The notes below the pieces were generated by a model. That model was not told the origin of the DNA, did not search any database, and worked only from the letters and a program-made list of their open reading frames with translations. From Thermoplasmata archaeon (GTDB lineage Archaea > Thermoplasmatota > Thermoplasmata > RBG-16-68-12 > JAFNFQ01), in contig JBGPQV010000029.1 of assembly GCA_041489255.1 (NCBI GenBank), forward strand, positions 1 to 24,112: a DNA stretch of 24,112 bases. Reading direction: 5' to 3'. Every line of letters starts with the position of its first letter. Position 1 is the stretch's first letter. Shown here one piece after another: positions 1 through 7,170 of this stretch. Made by a program: the position numbers and the translations under genes.

Positions 1-93
1 CACCTTCTGTATGCTGGCTATCCTGGAGACCGGTTCCCCTTTCTCCATCTCCCGGATGATCCACTTCACCTTCTTCTCGTTCAGTTTGGCCAT
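1..93 (-). CDS. N-terminus of a probable IS481-type (HTH + integrase core) transposase, partial
   Basis: Not in the ORF track. Manual translation from ATG at 93 gives MAKLNEKKVKWIIREMEKGEPVSRIASIQKV, an HTH start resembling archaeal IS481 transposases. The ORF is open to the window edge. Confidence 0.65.
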   Translation of the reverse strand, partial: MAKLNEKKVKWIIREMEKGEPVSRIASIQKV

Positions 94-146
94 CCTGACC
101 CCTGCGAGGGGAGATATGGAAAGTGAATTCAGGATAGCGCAAAACA
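1..146 (-). mobile_element. Left end of a probable IS481-family (ISA0963-like) insertion sequence, cut by the window edge
   Basis: The minus strand reads TGTTTTGCGCTATCC from 146 (IS481 ends are 5'-TGT), about 50 nt upstream of a transposase-like start at 93. The other end and the target duplication are outside the window. Confidence 0.55.
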
Positions 147-182
147 CTTTGTGGCGGGATGGTTTTATGATTCTGGCCGCAT

Positions 183-404
183 ATGCGAATTGGCGGGATT
201 CCCTTGCGTCAGTCCACGTCGATGATTGGCGTCGAGCTCATGATCACGGGGATAGCGCTGGCCATGCTCATGTGGATGATGGGCGGGTTCATTCCGTCCG
301 GGGGCACAGAGGCCTGCATCCTCTGTGGAATGGGCCCAGGGCTCATCGTGCTGGGCTTGATCGTCTTCGTATATGGGCTCAAGAGGCCGCATGACGACGA
401 CTAA
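183..404 (+). CDS. Small two-TM membrane protein; true start may be ATG 222
   Basis: Two hydrophobic segments (LMITGIALAMLMWMMGG; GLIVLGLIVFVYGL), a KR stop-transfer and an acidic end. TATA-like TTTTATG at 163-169. Confidence 0.6.
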   Translation: MRIGGIPLRQSTSMIGVELMITGIALAMLMWMMGGFIPSGGTEACILCGMGPGLIVLGLIVFVYGLKRPHDDD

Positions 405-455
405 TGGGTCCCTTGGGTCAACCGCCAGCTCATATGCGCATGCGGAGCGATCCGT

Positions 456-1232
456 CTACGCGAATCCGATGAAGCCTCTATCGTCGAACCCGACTGGCTT
501 CATGTCGTCCTCGGCTTCCACGCCCGCCGGTTCCGCCAGCTCGATTTCCTCGGGTTCTGCGTCGGTGCCTGAGTATGTCGAGGCCGCCAACTGAACTTCA
601 TCGGCGAGTGTCGAAACGAACGGGTGAGTGAGACGCTCCATGACGCTCCCGATCAGTGTGCTGACCATGCTGTTGACGACGGTCATCGCCTCGTTGAACC
701 CGAGCTCTTCGAGATTCAACAGGTTGTTGTTGTCGACGACGAGGCAGGTGTGGCTCCTCTCCTTGAGCCTCTGCAGGCCCTCCGATGCCTCGTGCATCCT
801 GCTCTCGAATGCGAACGGCATGACGGCGATGGAGATCACGAGGGCGTCCTTCCCGCCAGCCATCTCGGCGATGACCGGCGCGACATTGGTCCCCGTCTTC
901 CCGCCCATTCCCGCCACGAGGAACAGGACCTCAGCATCGAGGGCCCTCTCCAGAGCGGCTTTTGCCGCCACGGCAGAGGTCTCCGCTTCCTCGACGCCGC
1001 ATCGTCCCTGCCTGGGGAGGTCGAGAAGGACCTTGACGTCGGCCCTCGATCTTGTCAAGGACTCCTCGTCGGAGTTGATAGCCACGAGTTCGAGGCCGTG
1101 CAGTTCCTTGTCGTAGAGTGCGCTCACCACGTTGCATCCTGCCCCACCAACACCGACGACGCTTATGCGGGGGTCCATTGCGCTATCGGGCAGCGAGACG
1201 GTCGTTTCGTTGACTTGTCCTTTTGTTGTCAT
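456..1232 (-). CDS. ftsZ: FtsZ-like protein: GTP-binding domain only, divergent, lacking the C-terminal domain
   Basis: Motifs PRISVVGVGGAGCN, AINSD, AGMGGKTGTN (for GGGTGTG), PFAFE and VVDNNNL. GGAGG RBS upstream of ATG 1232. Only 258 aa. Confidence 0.85.
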   Translation of the reverse strand: MTTKGQVNETTVSLPDSAMDPRISVVGVGGAGCNVVSALYDKELHGLELVAINSDEESLTRSRADVKVLLDLPRQGRCGVEEAETSAVAAKAALERALDAEVLFLVAGMGGKTGTNVAPVIAEMAGGKDALVISIAVMPFAFESRMHEASEGLQRLKERSHTCLVVDNNNLLNLEELGFNEAMTVVNSMVSTLIGSVMERLTHPFVSTLADEVQLAASTYSGTDAEPEEIELAEPAGVEAEDDMKPVGFDDRGFIGFA

Positions 1233-1278
1233 GTTGTGCCTCCAGTGACTCTCTTCCGGTCCCGGCGAGGGTCGAATA

Positions 1279-1396
1279 GCACCAGAAGGTCAGCCCCGGG
1301 CGAAGGAGTACATCCCATCCCTTCGTAACAGGTTCCTGCGCGTCTATCCGGGGGAGACATGCGTTGTGGACCTCGCGGGAGTTGGCCTTCCGGTGC
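1279..1396. ncRNA. Putative structured cis-element (three-way junction) in the RHH-ftsZ intergenic region
   Basis: 1279-1297 pairs with 1378-1396 (17 of 19 bp on either strand). It encloses hairpins at 1301-1325 and 1330-1373. Confidence 0.45.
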
Positions 1397-1413
1397 CTGC
1401 TTCCTCGGCAACC

Positions 1414-1794
1414 TTAAGGCGGTATGACCTCGTCCTTTTCGTCGAGCTTGACGGAGACCATCTTTCCGGTCATTTTCTTCATCTCCGTCCTGTGCTCGTC
1501 CACGTTCTTCAGCCGGTCCTTCGAGAAATGCTCCTCGACCGCCCTGACGATGGCGTGCTCTCTGTTCAGGTAGTAGCCATCGGCGACGAGGTGGTCGATC
1601 AGCTCAAGGTAGTGCCGCGGCATTCTCACGGTGACTGTGTTTCCGCCCTTAGTCACGATTTCTATGAAGGCCTGAACGGCCTCCCTGCATAGTTTGCTCC
1701 TGTTCCCAAAGGTTGGGTTTTCCAACAGGAACTGATCAATCAGTTCCAGGTTGTCCTTTTCGAGCCGCAGGGATATTCGTTCTCCGGTCTCCAT
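1414..1794 (-). CDS. Tandem ribbon-helix-helix (CopG/CdrS-like) transcription regulator
   Basis: Two RHH units: ERISLRLEKDNLELID...NRSKLCREAV and TVTVRMPRHYLELID...YYLNREHAIVRAV. GGAGGT RBS before ATG 1794 (the ORF track uses 1839). Its position upstream of ftsZ matches cdrS-ftsZ2. Confidence 0.85.
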   Translation of the reverse strand: METGERISLRLEKDNLELIDQFLLENPTFGNRSKLCREAVQAFIEIVTKGGNTVTVRMPRHYLELIDHLVADGYYLNREHAIVRAVEEHFSKDRLKNVDEHRTEMKKMTGKMVSVKLDEKDEVIPP

Positions 1795-1889
1795 CCGCGC
1801 ACCTCCCTGGTTCCCGAGGCCCGGTATGACGTCGGTCACACCTTTTCCTTATGGGTTGCCAAGGTTTTGCGTGGGCTGTATCCTGCTCA

Positions 1890-1905
1890 TAACTATTAAA
1901 GCTTT
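1890..1905 (-). promoter_or_regulatory. TATA box of the RHH-ftsZ unit
   Basis: The minus strand reads AAAGCTTTAATAG, a BRE-like purine run followed by TTTAATA. Confidence 0.55.
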
Positions 1906-1937
1906 GTCCATGCGGCATACTAAATATGACAAAGGTT

Positions 1938-1962
1938 CGACGGTCGTCTACGACGACCGTCG
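1938..1962. repeat. Perfect 11-bp inverted repeat (possible operator)
   Basis: CGACGGTCGTC-TAC-GACGACCGTCG in the divergent RHH/leuS intergenic region. Confidence 0.7.
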
Positions 1963-2087
1963 CAGTGCGTGTTTCGTCTCAGTCGCGCACAGGAAGGCAT
2001 TTTCATAGGACTCCCTGGATAATTATGGTCGATTCCTCGGTCTAGCCTCGCACAAAGGTTAAGCGAAGAATGTTGTTCCCGTCTTGA

Positions 2088-4976
2088 ATGCCTAACGTGG
2101 ATCCGAGACTGAGGCAAATCGAGGAGAAGTGGCAGGCGCGCTGGACCGCCTCAGAGATATTCAAGGCGCGAGCGGATCCTTCCCGCCCGAAGTATTTCGT
2201 CAATGTGCCTTATCCGTACATGAACGGATACCTGCACATCGGTTTCGGCGTCACATTCCTCCACGCGGACATCATGGCCAGGTTCAAGTGGATGCGGGGG
2301 CATAACGTGCTGTTCCCGCAGGCCTTCCACTGCACAGGGATGCCGGTGCTGGCGGCGGCGAACCTTGTCGCGGAGGGGAATCCCGCCCAGATCAAGATAC
2401 TGGCCGATATGGGAATCCCCGAATCCGAAATACCATCTTTTTCTGACATCAACAAATGGACGAGCTTCTTCCCCGATGCTGCCCGCAAGGATCTCGCGAG
2501 CTATGGCGCCTCGGTCGACTGGACGCGCAGCTTCATCACGACGTCGCTGAACCCCGCCTACGACAAGTTCGTGAGATGGCAGTTCCGCAAGCTCCGCGAA
2601 AGGGGATTCGTCAAGACGGGGAAGCATCCGGTAATCTGGTGCCCCAAGGACCAGCAGCCCGTCGCGGACCATGACAGGTACGAGGGGGAAGGCGAAATCC
2701 CCGTCGAGTTCACACTGCTGAAATTCCCGTGGAGGGGCAAATTCCTGGTCGCAGCAACGCTGAGACCGGAGACGGTGTTCGGACAGACGAACCTCTGGGT
2801 CGACCCAGATGCGACGTACGTCGTCGCGAGGGTCGACGGGGAAGAGTGGGTGATGAGCCGGAGCGCGATGGAGAAGCTCAGAGAGCAGGACAGGCACGTC
2901 GAAACCCTCGAAGAGGTAAGGGGGGAGCTGATGGTCGGGGGGAAGTGCGAGGCCCCGATTATCCACCGCCAGATCCCCATCCTCCCGACCAGGTTCATCG
3001 ACCAGACGAAGGGCACCGGGATTGTGACCAGTGTCCCATCCGATGCCCCGGACGATTGGATAGCGCTGAAGACTCTCAGGGAAGACGCGGAGTACGCGCA
3101 CAGGCACGCTCTGAACCTCGATGAAATCAGGAAAATCGAACCGATCCCCATAATCCGCACGGAGGGCTGGGGTCCGCTACCCGCCGTCGAGATCTGCGAG
3201 AAGCTCGGCATCAAGTCGCTGGACGAGAGAGAGAAACTCGAGAAGGCGAAGGAGGATGTGTATTCATCCGGCTTCTATCGAGGCGTGATGCTCGAGATTT
3301 GCGGGCGCTATGCTGGGATGCATGTCGCAGAGGCCAAGGACGAAATCAAGCGGGATATGATTCAGGCAGGCGAGGCGTCGACTCTCTGGGAGGCGAGCGG
3401 GGAAGTGATCTGCCGCTGCAGGACCCGTGCCACCGTGAAAGTCGTCTCCGACCAATGGTTCCTTGCTTACGGCGATGCGGATTGGAAGAAGAGGACCGGA
3501 GAAGCGCTGAGCCAATTGATACTCTATCCCGACACTGTCAGGAAGCAATTCGAGCATGTCCTGGGCTGGCTGAACGACTGGGCGTGCACGCACCATGCAG
3601 GGCTCGGTACCAAGCTCCCCTGGGACGAGCGCTGGGTGATCGAATCGCTGTCCGATTCGACCATCTACATGGCCTACTACACGATAGCGCATCTCACCGC
3701 CAATCCCGCGCTGGACCCGGCGACGCTGACAGACGAAGTCTTCAACCATGTGTTCCTTGGTGAAGGGTCGTCCGAGGAAGCTTCGAGGATTTCCGGTCTT
3801 CCCGTCGAGACTATCGAGGAGATGAGGCGGGAGTTTGAGTATTGGTATCCATTCGACCTCCGCCACTCAGGCAAGGACCTGGTCCAGAACCACATGGCCT
3901 TCTGCCTTTTCAATCACACAGCGATGTTCCCTGAGAAACATTGGCCAAGGGGCTTCGGCATCAACGGCTTTGTCAAGATCGGCCATGTCAGGATGTCCAA
4001 GTCGCACGGCGTGGCACTGTACCTCAGGGACGTGATCCGAGAGCACGGAGCGGACGTCGTGAGGCTCGCCTCGGCCCAGGGCGGCGAAGGATTGGACGAC
4101 CCGAGCTACGATGACGAGTTCGCGGCTTCGGCAGGGAAGAAGCTCCTCTCGCTGATCGACTACGCAAAGGAACATCACGAGACCAGGGGCGAATGGCGGG
4201 AGCTCGATGCATGGTTCAGGTCGGTACTGCATCGGACCATCCGCCTCACCGCCAAAGCCATGGAGGGGATGTGGCACAGGACGGCCATCCGGCTCTGCTA
4301 CTTCGACCTGCAGCGCCAATGGGCCTGGTATCTGAAGAGGTGTGGCGGCGTACCCAATGCGGACGTCCTTCGCGAGTTCCTGGATGTCGAGACCAGATTG
4401 ATCACACCATTCGTTCCGCACGCGGCCGAGGAGATATGGGAGGCGACCGGGCACAAGGGGTTCGTGTCGACCGCACAGTATCCCGAAGTTGACGTGTCGG
4501 TAATCAATGCCGCCGCCGAATTCGCAGAGGAATATATCCACCAGCTTCTGGAGGACGTGCGGGAGATAATAAGGGTCACCGGAATCACGCCAAGAAGAGC
4601 GACCATCTTCACCGCTCCGGCGTGGAAGCGGCGCGTCTACGAAATGGCGGTTGACATCTCGCTGCGCGGGAAGGCGGAAATGGGCGATTTCATGAGAGAG
4701 GCTCTGCAATCGCCTGAACTGAAAGCGAAGTCGAAAGAGCTCGCCGCATTTGCCCAAAAGATTCTTGAGAGCATGAGGAAGATGGCACGCGAGAATCTGG
4801 AGCTGAGAAGAAGAACCATCGACGAGACGGCGATGCTGCGCGAATCGATAGAGTTCCTGGAGACGGAGCTGGGTTGCGCCGTGGTTGTGCTCGACGCAGA
4901 GGCCCCGGACATCGTGGACCCCAAGAAAAAGGCCGGTCAGTCTGCCCCTTGGAAACCGGCGATCTTCGTCGAGTAG
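2088..4976 (+). CDS. leuS: Leucine--tRNA ligase, archaeal/eukaryotic type
   Basis: Motifs PYPYMNGYLHIG, FHCTGMP, DHDRYEGEG, ATLRPET, GTGIVTSVPSDAPDD (CP1 editing), IESLSDSTIYMAYYT, GKDL, RMSKS and C-terminal PWKPAIFVE. Confidence 0.96.
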   Translation: MPNVDPRLRQIEEKWQARWTASEIFKARADPSRPKYFVNVPYPYMNGYLHIGFGVTFLHADIMARFKWMRGHNVLFPQAFHCTGMPVLAAANLVAEGNPAQIKILADMGIPESEIPSFSDINKWTSFFPDAARKDLASYGASVDWTRSFITTSLNPAYDKFVRWQFRKLRERGFVKTGKHPVIWCPKDQQPVADHDRYEGEGEIPVEFTLLKFPWRGKFLVAATLRPETVFGQTNLWVDPDATYVVARVDGEEWVMSRSAMEKLREQDRHVETLEEVRGELMVGGKCEAPIIHRQIPILPTRFIDQTKGTGIVTSVPSDAPDDWIALKTLREDAEYAHRHALNLDEIRKIEPIPIIRTEGWGPLPAVEICEKLGIKSLDEREKLEKAKEDVYSSGFYRGVMLEICGRYAGMHVAEAKDEIKRDMIQAGEASTLWEASGEVICRCRTRATVKVVSDQWFLAYGDADWKKRTGEALSQLILYPDTVRKQFEHVLGWLNDWACTHHAGLGTKLPWDERWVIESLSDSTIYMAYYTIAHLTANPALDPATLTDEVFNHVFLGEGSSEEASRISGLPVETIEEMRREFEYWYPFDLRHSGKDLVQNHMAFCLFNHTAMFPEKHWPRGFGINGFVKIGHVRMSKSHGVALYLRDVIREHGADVVRLASAQGGEGLDDPSYDDEFAASAGKKLLSLIDYAKEHHETRGEWRELDAWFRSVLHRTIRLTAKAMEGMWHRTAIRLCYFDLQRQWAWYLKRCGGVPNADVLREFLDVETRLITPFVPHAAEEIWEATGHKGFVSTAQYPEVDVSVINAAAEFAEEYIHQLLEDVREIIRVTGITPRRATIFTAPAWKRRVYEMAVDISLRGKAEMGDFMREALQSPELKAKSKELAAFAQKILESMRKMARENLELRRRTIDETAMLRESIEFLETELGCAVVVLDAEAPDIVDPKKKAGQSAPWKPAIFVE

Positions 4977-5031
4977 TCCGGCGACACACACGCAGCCGGA
5001 CGATCTGGTCCAGCCGAATTCAACCGCGATA

Positions 5032-5041
5032 GGTTTAAAAC
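5032..5041 (+). promoter_or_regulatory. TATA box of the tRNA gene
   Basis: GGTTTAAAAC about 25-30 nt upstream of the tRNA 5' end. Confidence 0.7.
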
Positions 5042-5102
5042 GAGCGCATCCATGTCAAGCGAGCGGGCCCGTAGCTTAGCTAGGTAGAGCGATCGGCTCT
5101 TA

Positions 5103-5131
5103 TCGGTTTTCCTTCGGGGAAACCGCGGGAT
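5103..5131 (+). other. tRNA intron at canonical position 37/38 (29 nt)
   Basis: Relaxed BHB (CTCT/CGGG helix, bulges TA|T and AT|A). Internal hairpin CGGTTTTCC-TTCG-GGGAAACCG. Confidence 0.9.
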
Positions 5132-5153
5132 ACCGATAGGTCAAGGGTTCGAA

Positions 5154-5176
5154 TGAAGGCGCAAACCTTCCGAGAC
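5154..5176 (+). other. tRNA intron at non-canonical position 59/60 in the T loop (23 nt)
   Basis: Strict BHB: GGG/CCC, bulge AC|T, 4-bp TTCG/CGAG, bulge AA|T, GAAGG/CCTTC. Splicing restores TTCGAAT. Confidence 0.9.
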
Positions 5177-5248
5177 TCCCTTCGGGCCCGTTGCCTATTC
5201 TGCGGTCCCGACTGATTATCTATAACTAAGGACGGATTATCCTGCCCG

Positions 5249-6016
5249 ATGGCCCGCAACCTCTACCTCATCGGGACGGCCGGCAGCGGAAAAAGCACTT
5301 TGACCCAGGCGTTCCAGTCGTGGATGCTGTCACAGAAGCTGGATGCGGTCACTGTAAACCTCGACCCTGGCGCGGAGAAGCTACCGTACGAGCCGGAAGT
5401 CGATGTCCGAGATTGGATCATGCTCAAGGACGTCATGGAGGAGCAGGGTCTCGGACCGAATGGTGCGCAGATACTCTGCGCGGACCTGGTCGCTCTGAAC
5501 ATCAAGGAGATCGTCGAGGTCCTCGAAAAGTTCGATACTGATTACTTCCTGATCGACACGCCTGGCCAGATGGAGCTATTCACCTTCCGGGAGTCGAGCA
5601 GGGTCGTAATCGATTCATTCGGCGCGGACGATTCGGTGCTCATCTATCTCAACGATCCTGCGTTGGTCAAGCGCGCCTCAGGTCTCGTCTCGTCAATCTT
5701 CCTCAGCGCGACGACTCAGTTCAGACACATGCTGCCTTTCATCAACATCCTCGCGAAAGCGGACTTGCTGAGCGAAGAGGAGACGGAGACGATAGTGAAC
5801 TGGTCCACGGACCCTTACGCGCTGCACGACGCGCTCGTCGAAGAAGGGACCACACCCAAGACCGTCCTGGACATCGAGTTCCTGAAGGCGATAGAGTCGA
5901 TCGGCCTATACAAGCGCCTCATTCCGGTCTCGGCTGAAGTGCAGAGCGGGTTCGGCGACGTGTTCGACCTCGTGCAGCAGACATTCGCTGGCGGGGAAGA
6001 CTTGAGGCCCGATTGA
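5249..6016 (+). CDS. GPN-loop GTPase (XAB1/PAB0955 family)
   Basis: Walker A GTAGSGKST, VNLDPG, GLGPNGA (GPN loop), DTPGQME, AKAD and VSA motifs. Confidence 0.95.
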   Translation: MARNLYLIGTAGSGKSTLTQAFQSWMLSQKLDAVTVNLDPGAEKLPYEPEVDVRDWIMLKDVMEEQGLGPNGAQILCADLVALNIKEIVEVLEKFDTDYFLIDTPGQMELFTFRESSRVVIDSFGADDSVLIYLNDPALVKRASGLVSSIFLSATTQFRHMLPFINILAKADLLSEEETETIVNWSTDPYALHDALVEEGTTPKTVLDIEFLKAIESIGLYKRLIPVSAEVQSGFGDVFDLVQQTFAGGEDLRPD

Positions 6017-6055
6017 GACGGGCAGTCCCGCCAAATGCGTACAATGGACCTCGGC

Positions 6056-6076
6056 GTATTACAATACATATATATG
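6056..6076 (+). promoter_or_regulatory. Promoter/operator region of the PhoU-type regulator
   Basis: Adjoining palindromes GTATT-AC-AATAC and CATATATATG, ending about 25 nt before the start. Confidence 0.5.
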
Positions 6077-6099
6077 CCTACGTGCAGTGAATACCATTG

Positions 6100-7164
6100 A
6101 TGGAACTCGAGACGCGGAAGGTTCAGAAACTAGGATACTCGAGCCTGGGAATTTCCCTGCCGAAGGATTGGGCCGAGGGTCTTAGGCTCACCCCGGGCGC
6201 GATGGTGACCGTCATGCGCGAGGAGGACGGATCATTGAGGATAAGGGCCGGTCTATTCCAGCAGCCGGTCGAGCAGTCCGAGTGCATAATCGATGTCGAG
6301 AGCTGCGATGTGCCGGGCTCCCTCCACCGCCTCATCACGGGCAGCTACGTCGTCGGGAGGAACACGATACGCATCAGATCCCGGGAGGAGATCGACCCCG
6401 AGCAGCTGCAGGAAATACATGACGCCGTGAAGCGGCTCACGGGGTTGACGATAGTCAACCAGGGCCCCACGTTCGTAACCATCGAGAATTTCGCGGAACC
6501 CACGAGATTCCCCATCGAGGGGCTCATCAGGAGGCTCCATTACCTGACTGCGAGGATGGAGAAGCTCTCATTCGACTGCGTCATTGTCGGCGGTTCCGGC
6601 CTGGCGGACGAAGTGAAGAGACTGGAAGAGGAAGTCGACCGACTGTACTGGCTGGTCGTCCGCCAACTGCTGCTTGCGATCAAGGACAGGACGGTCGCTA
6701 GCAGCGTGGGAGAGACGGAGCCGAGAAGGATCGTCGAGGACAGGGTAGTGGCGTCGGAGCTGGAGAACATTGGGGATCTCTGGCGGGTCGTCGCTCGGGC
6801 ATTCACCGATTTGGGGGACAGCCGCTACAAGAAGAGCAAGGACTTCATTAGAGTGATCCAGGATCTCAGGCAGCTCCTCGAGAACCAGATCGAAACGACG
6901 ATGAACGCGTTCTTCGGCCAAGACTGGATACTTGCGAATGCGTCTCTGGAGACGCACGGCAAGGTCATGGAGACATCGAAGCAGCTCGAGGCGCTCGTAC
7001 CCATCCAGAAGACGATGAAGGACCCGTCGTTCTGTACGACATGTATCTCCGTCCGGGAGATGCTTACGCCAATCGCGCAGATATCTGGACACTATGCTAC
7101 GATATCCCAGATAACGATCAACCGCGCACTCCAGGCGACCGAGGGCGTCCTGCCGAGCAAGTAG
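6100..7164 (+). CDS. AbrB/SpoVT-PhoU phosphate-uptake regulator family protein
   Basis: N-terminal ETRKVQKLGYSSLGISLPKDWA (AbrB) and PhoU repeats (LEEEVDRLYWLVVRQL; ELENIGD). ATG at 6100, with TTG 6097 as an alternative start. Confidence 0.9.
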   Translation: MELETRKVQKLGYSSLGISLPKDWAEGLRLTPGAMVTVMREEDGSLRIRAGLFQQPVEQSECIIDVESCDVPGSLHRLITGSYVVGRNTIRIRSREEIDPEQLQEIHDAVKRLTGLTIVNQGPTFVTIENFAEPTRFPIEGLIRRLHYLTARMEKLSFDCVIVGGSGLADEVKRLEEEVDRLYWLVVRQLLLAIKDRTVASSVGETEPRRIVEDRVVASELENIGDLWRVVARAFTDLGDSRYKKSKDFIRVIQDLRQLLENQIETTMNAFFGQDWILANASLETHGKVMETSKQLEALVPIQKTMKDPSFCTTCISVREMLTPIAQISGHYATISQITINRALQATEGVLPSK

Positions 7165-7170
7165 CGCAGC

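Larger units (their letters stand above)
5065..5190 (+). tRNA. tRNA-Lys(CTT) with two introns; exons 5065-5102, 5132-5153 and 5177-5190
   Basis: Acceptor GGGCCCG/CGGGCCC+G, D arm GCTT..GAGC, anticodon arm ATCGG-CT-CTT-A|A-CCGAT, T arm AAGGG-TTCGAA|T-CCCTT. CCA is not encoded. Confidence 0.95.

Noticed and set aside
11-394. 127-aa plus-strand ORF and other short overlapping ORFs
   Set aside because: Antisense to the transposase start and out of frame with the better membrane-protein ORF.
1279-1396. 5S rRNA or SRP RNA (similar size; CCCAUCCC and CAGG..CCGGAAGG look-alikes)
   Set aside because: It lacks the 5S CCGAAC loop and helix layout, lacks the SRP AGCA motif, and is too short for archaeal SRP RNA.
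1229-1411. 60-aa ORF between the RHH and ftsZ-like genes
   Set aside because: TTG start, Pro/Arg/Gly-rich composition with no recognisable motif, and it coincides with the structured element. It cannot be wholly excluded as a coupling peptide.
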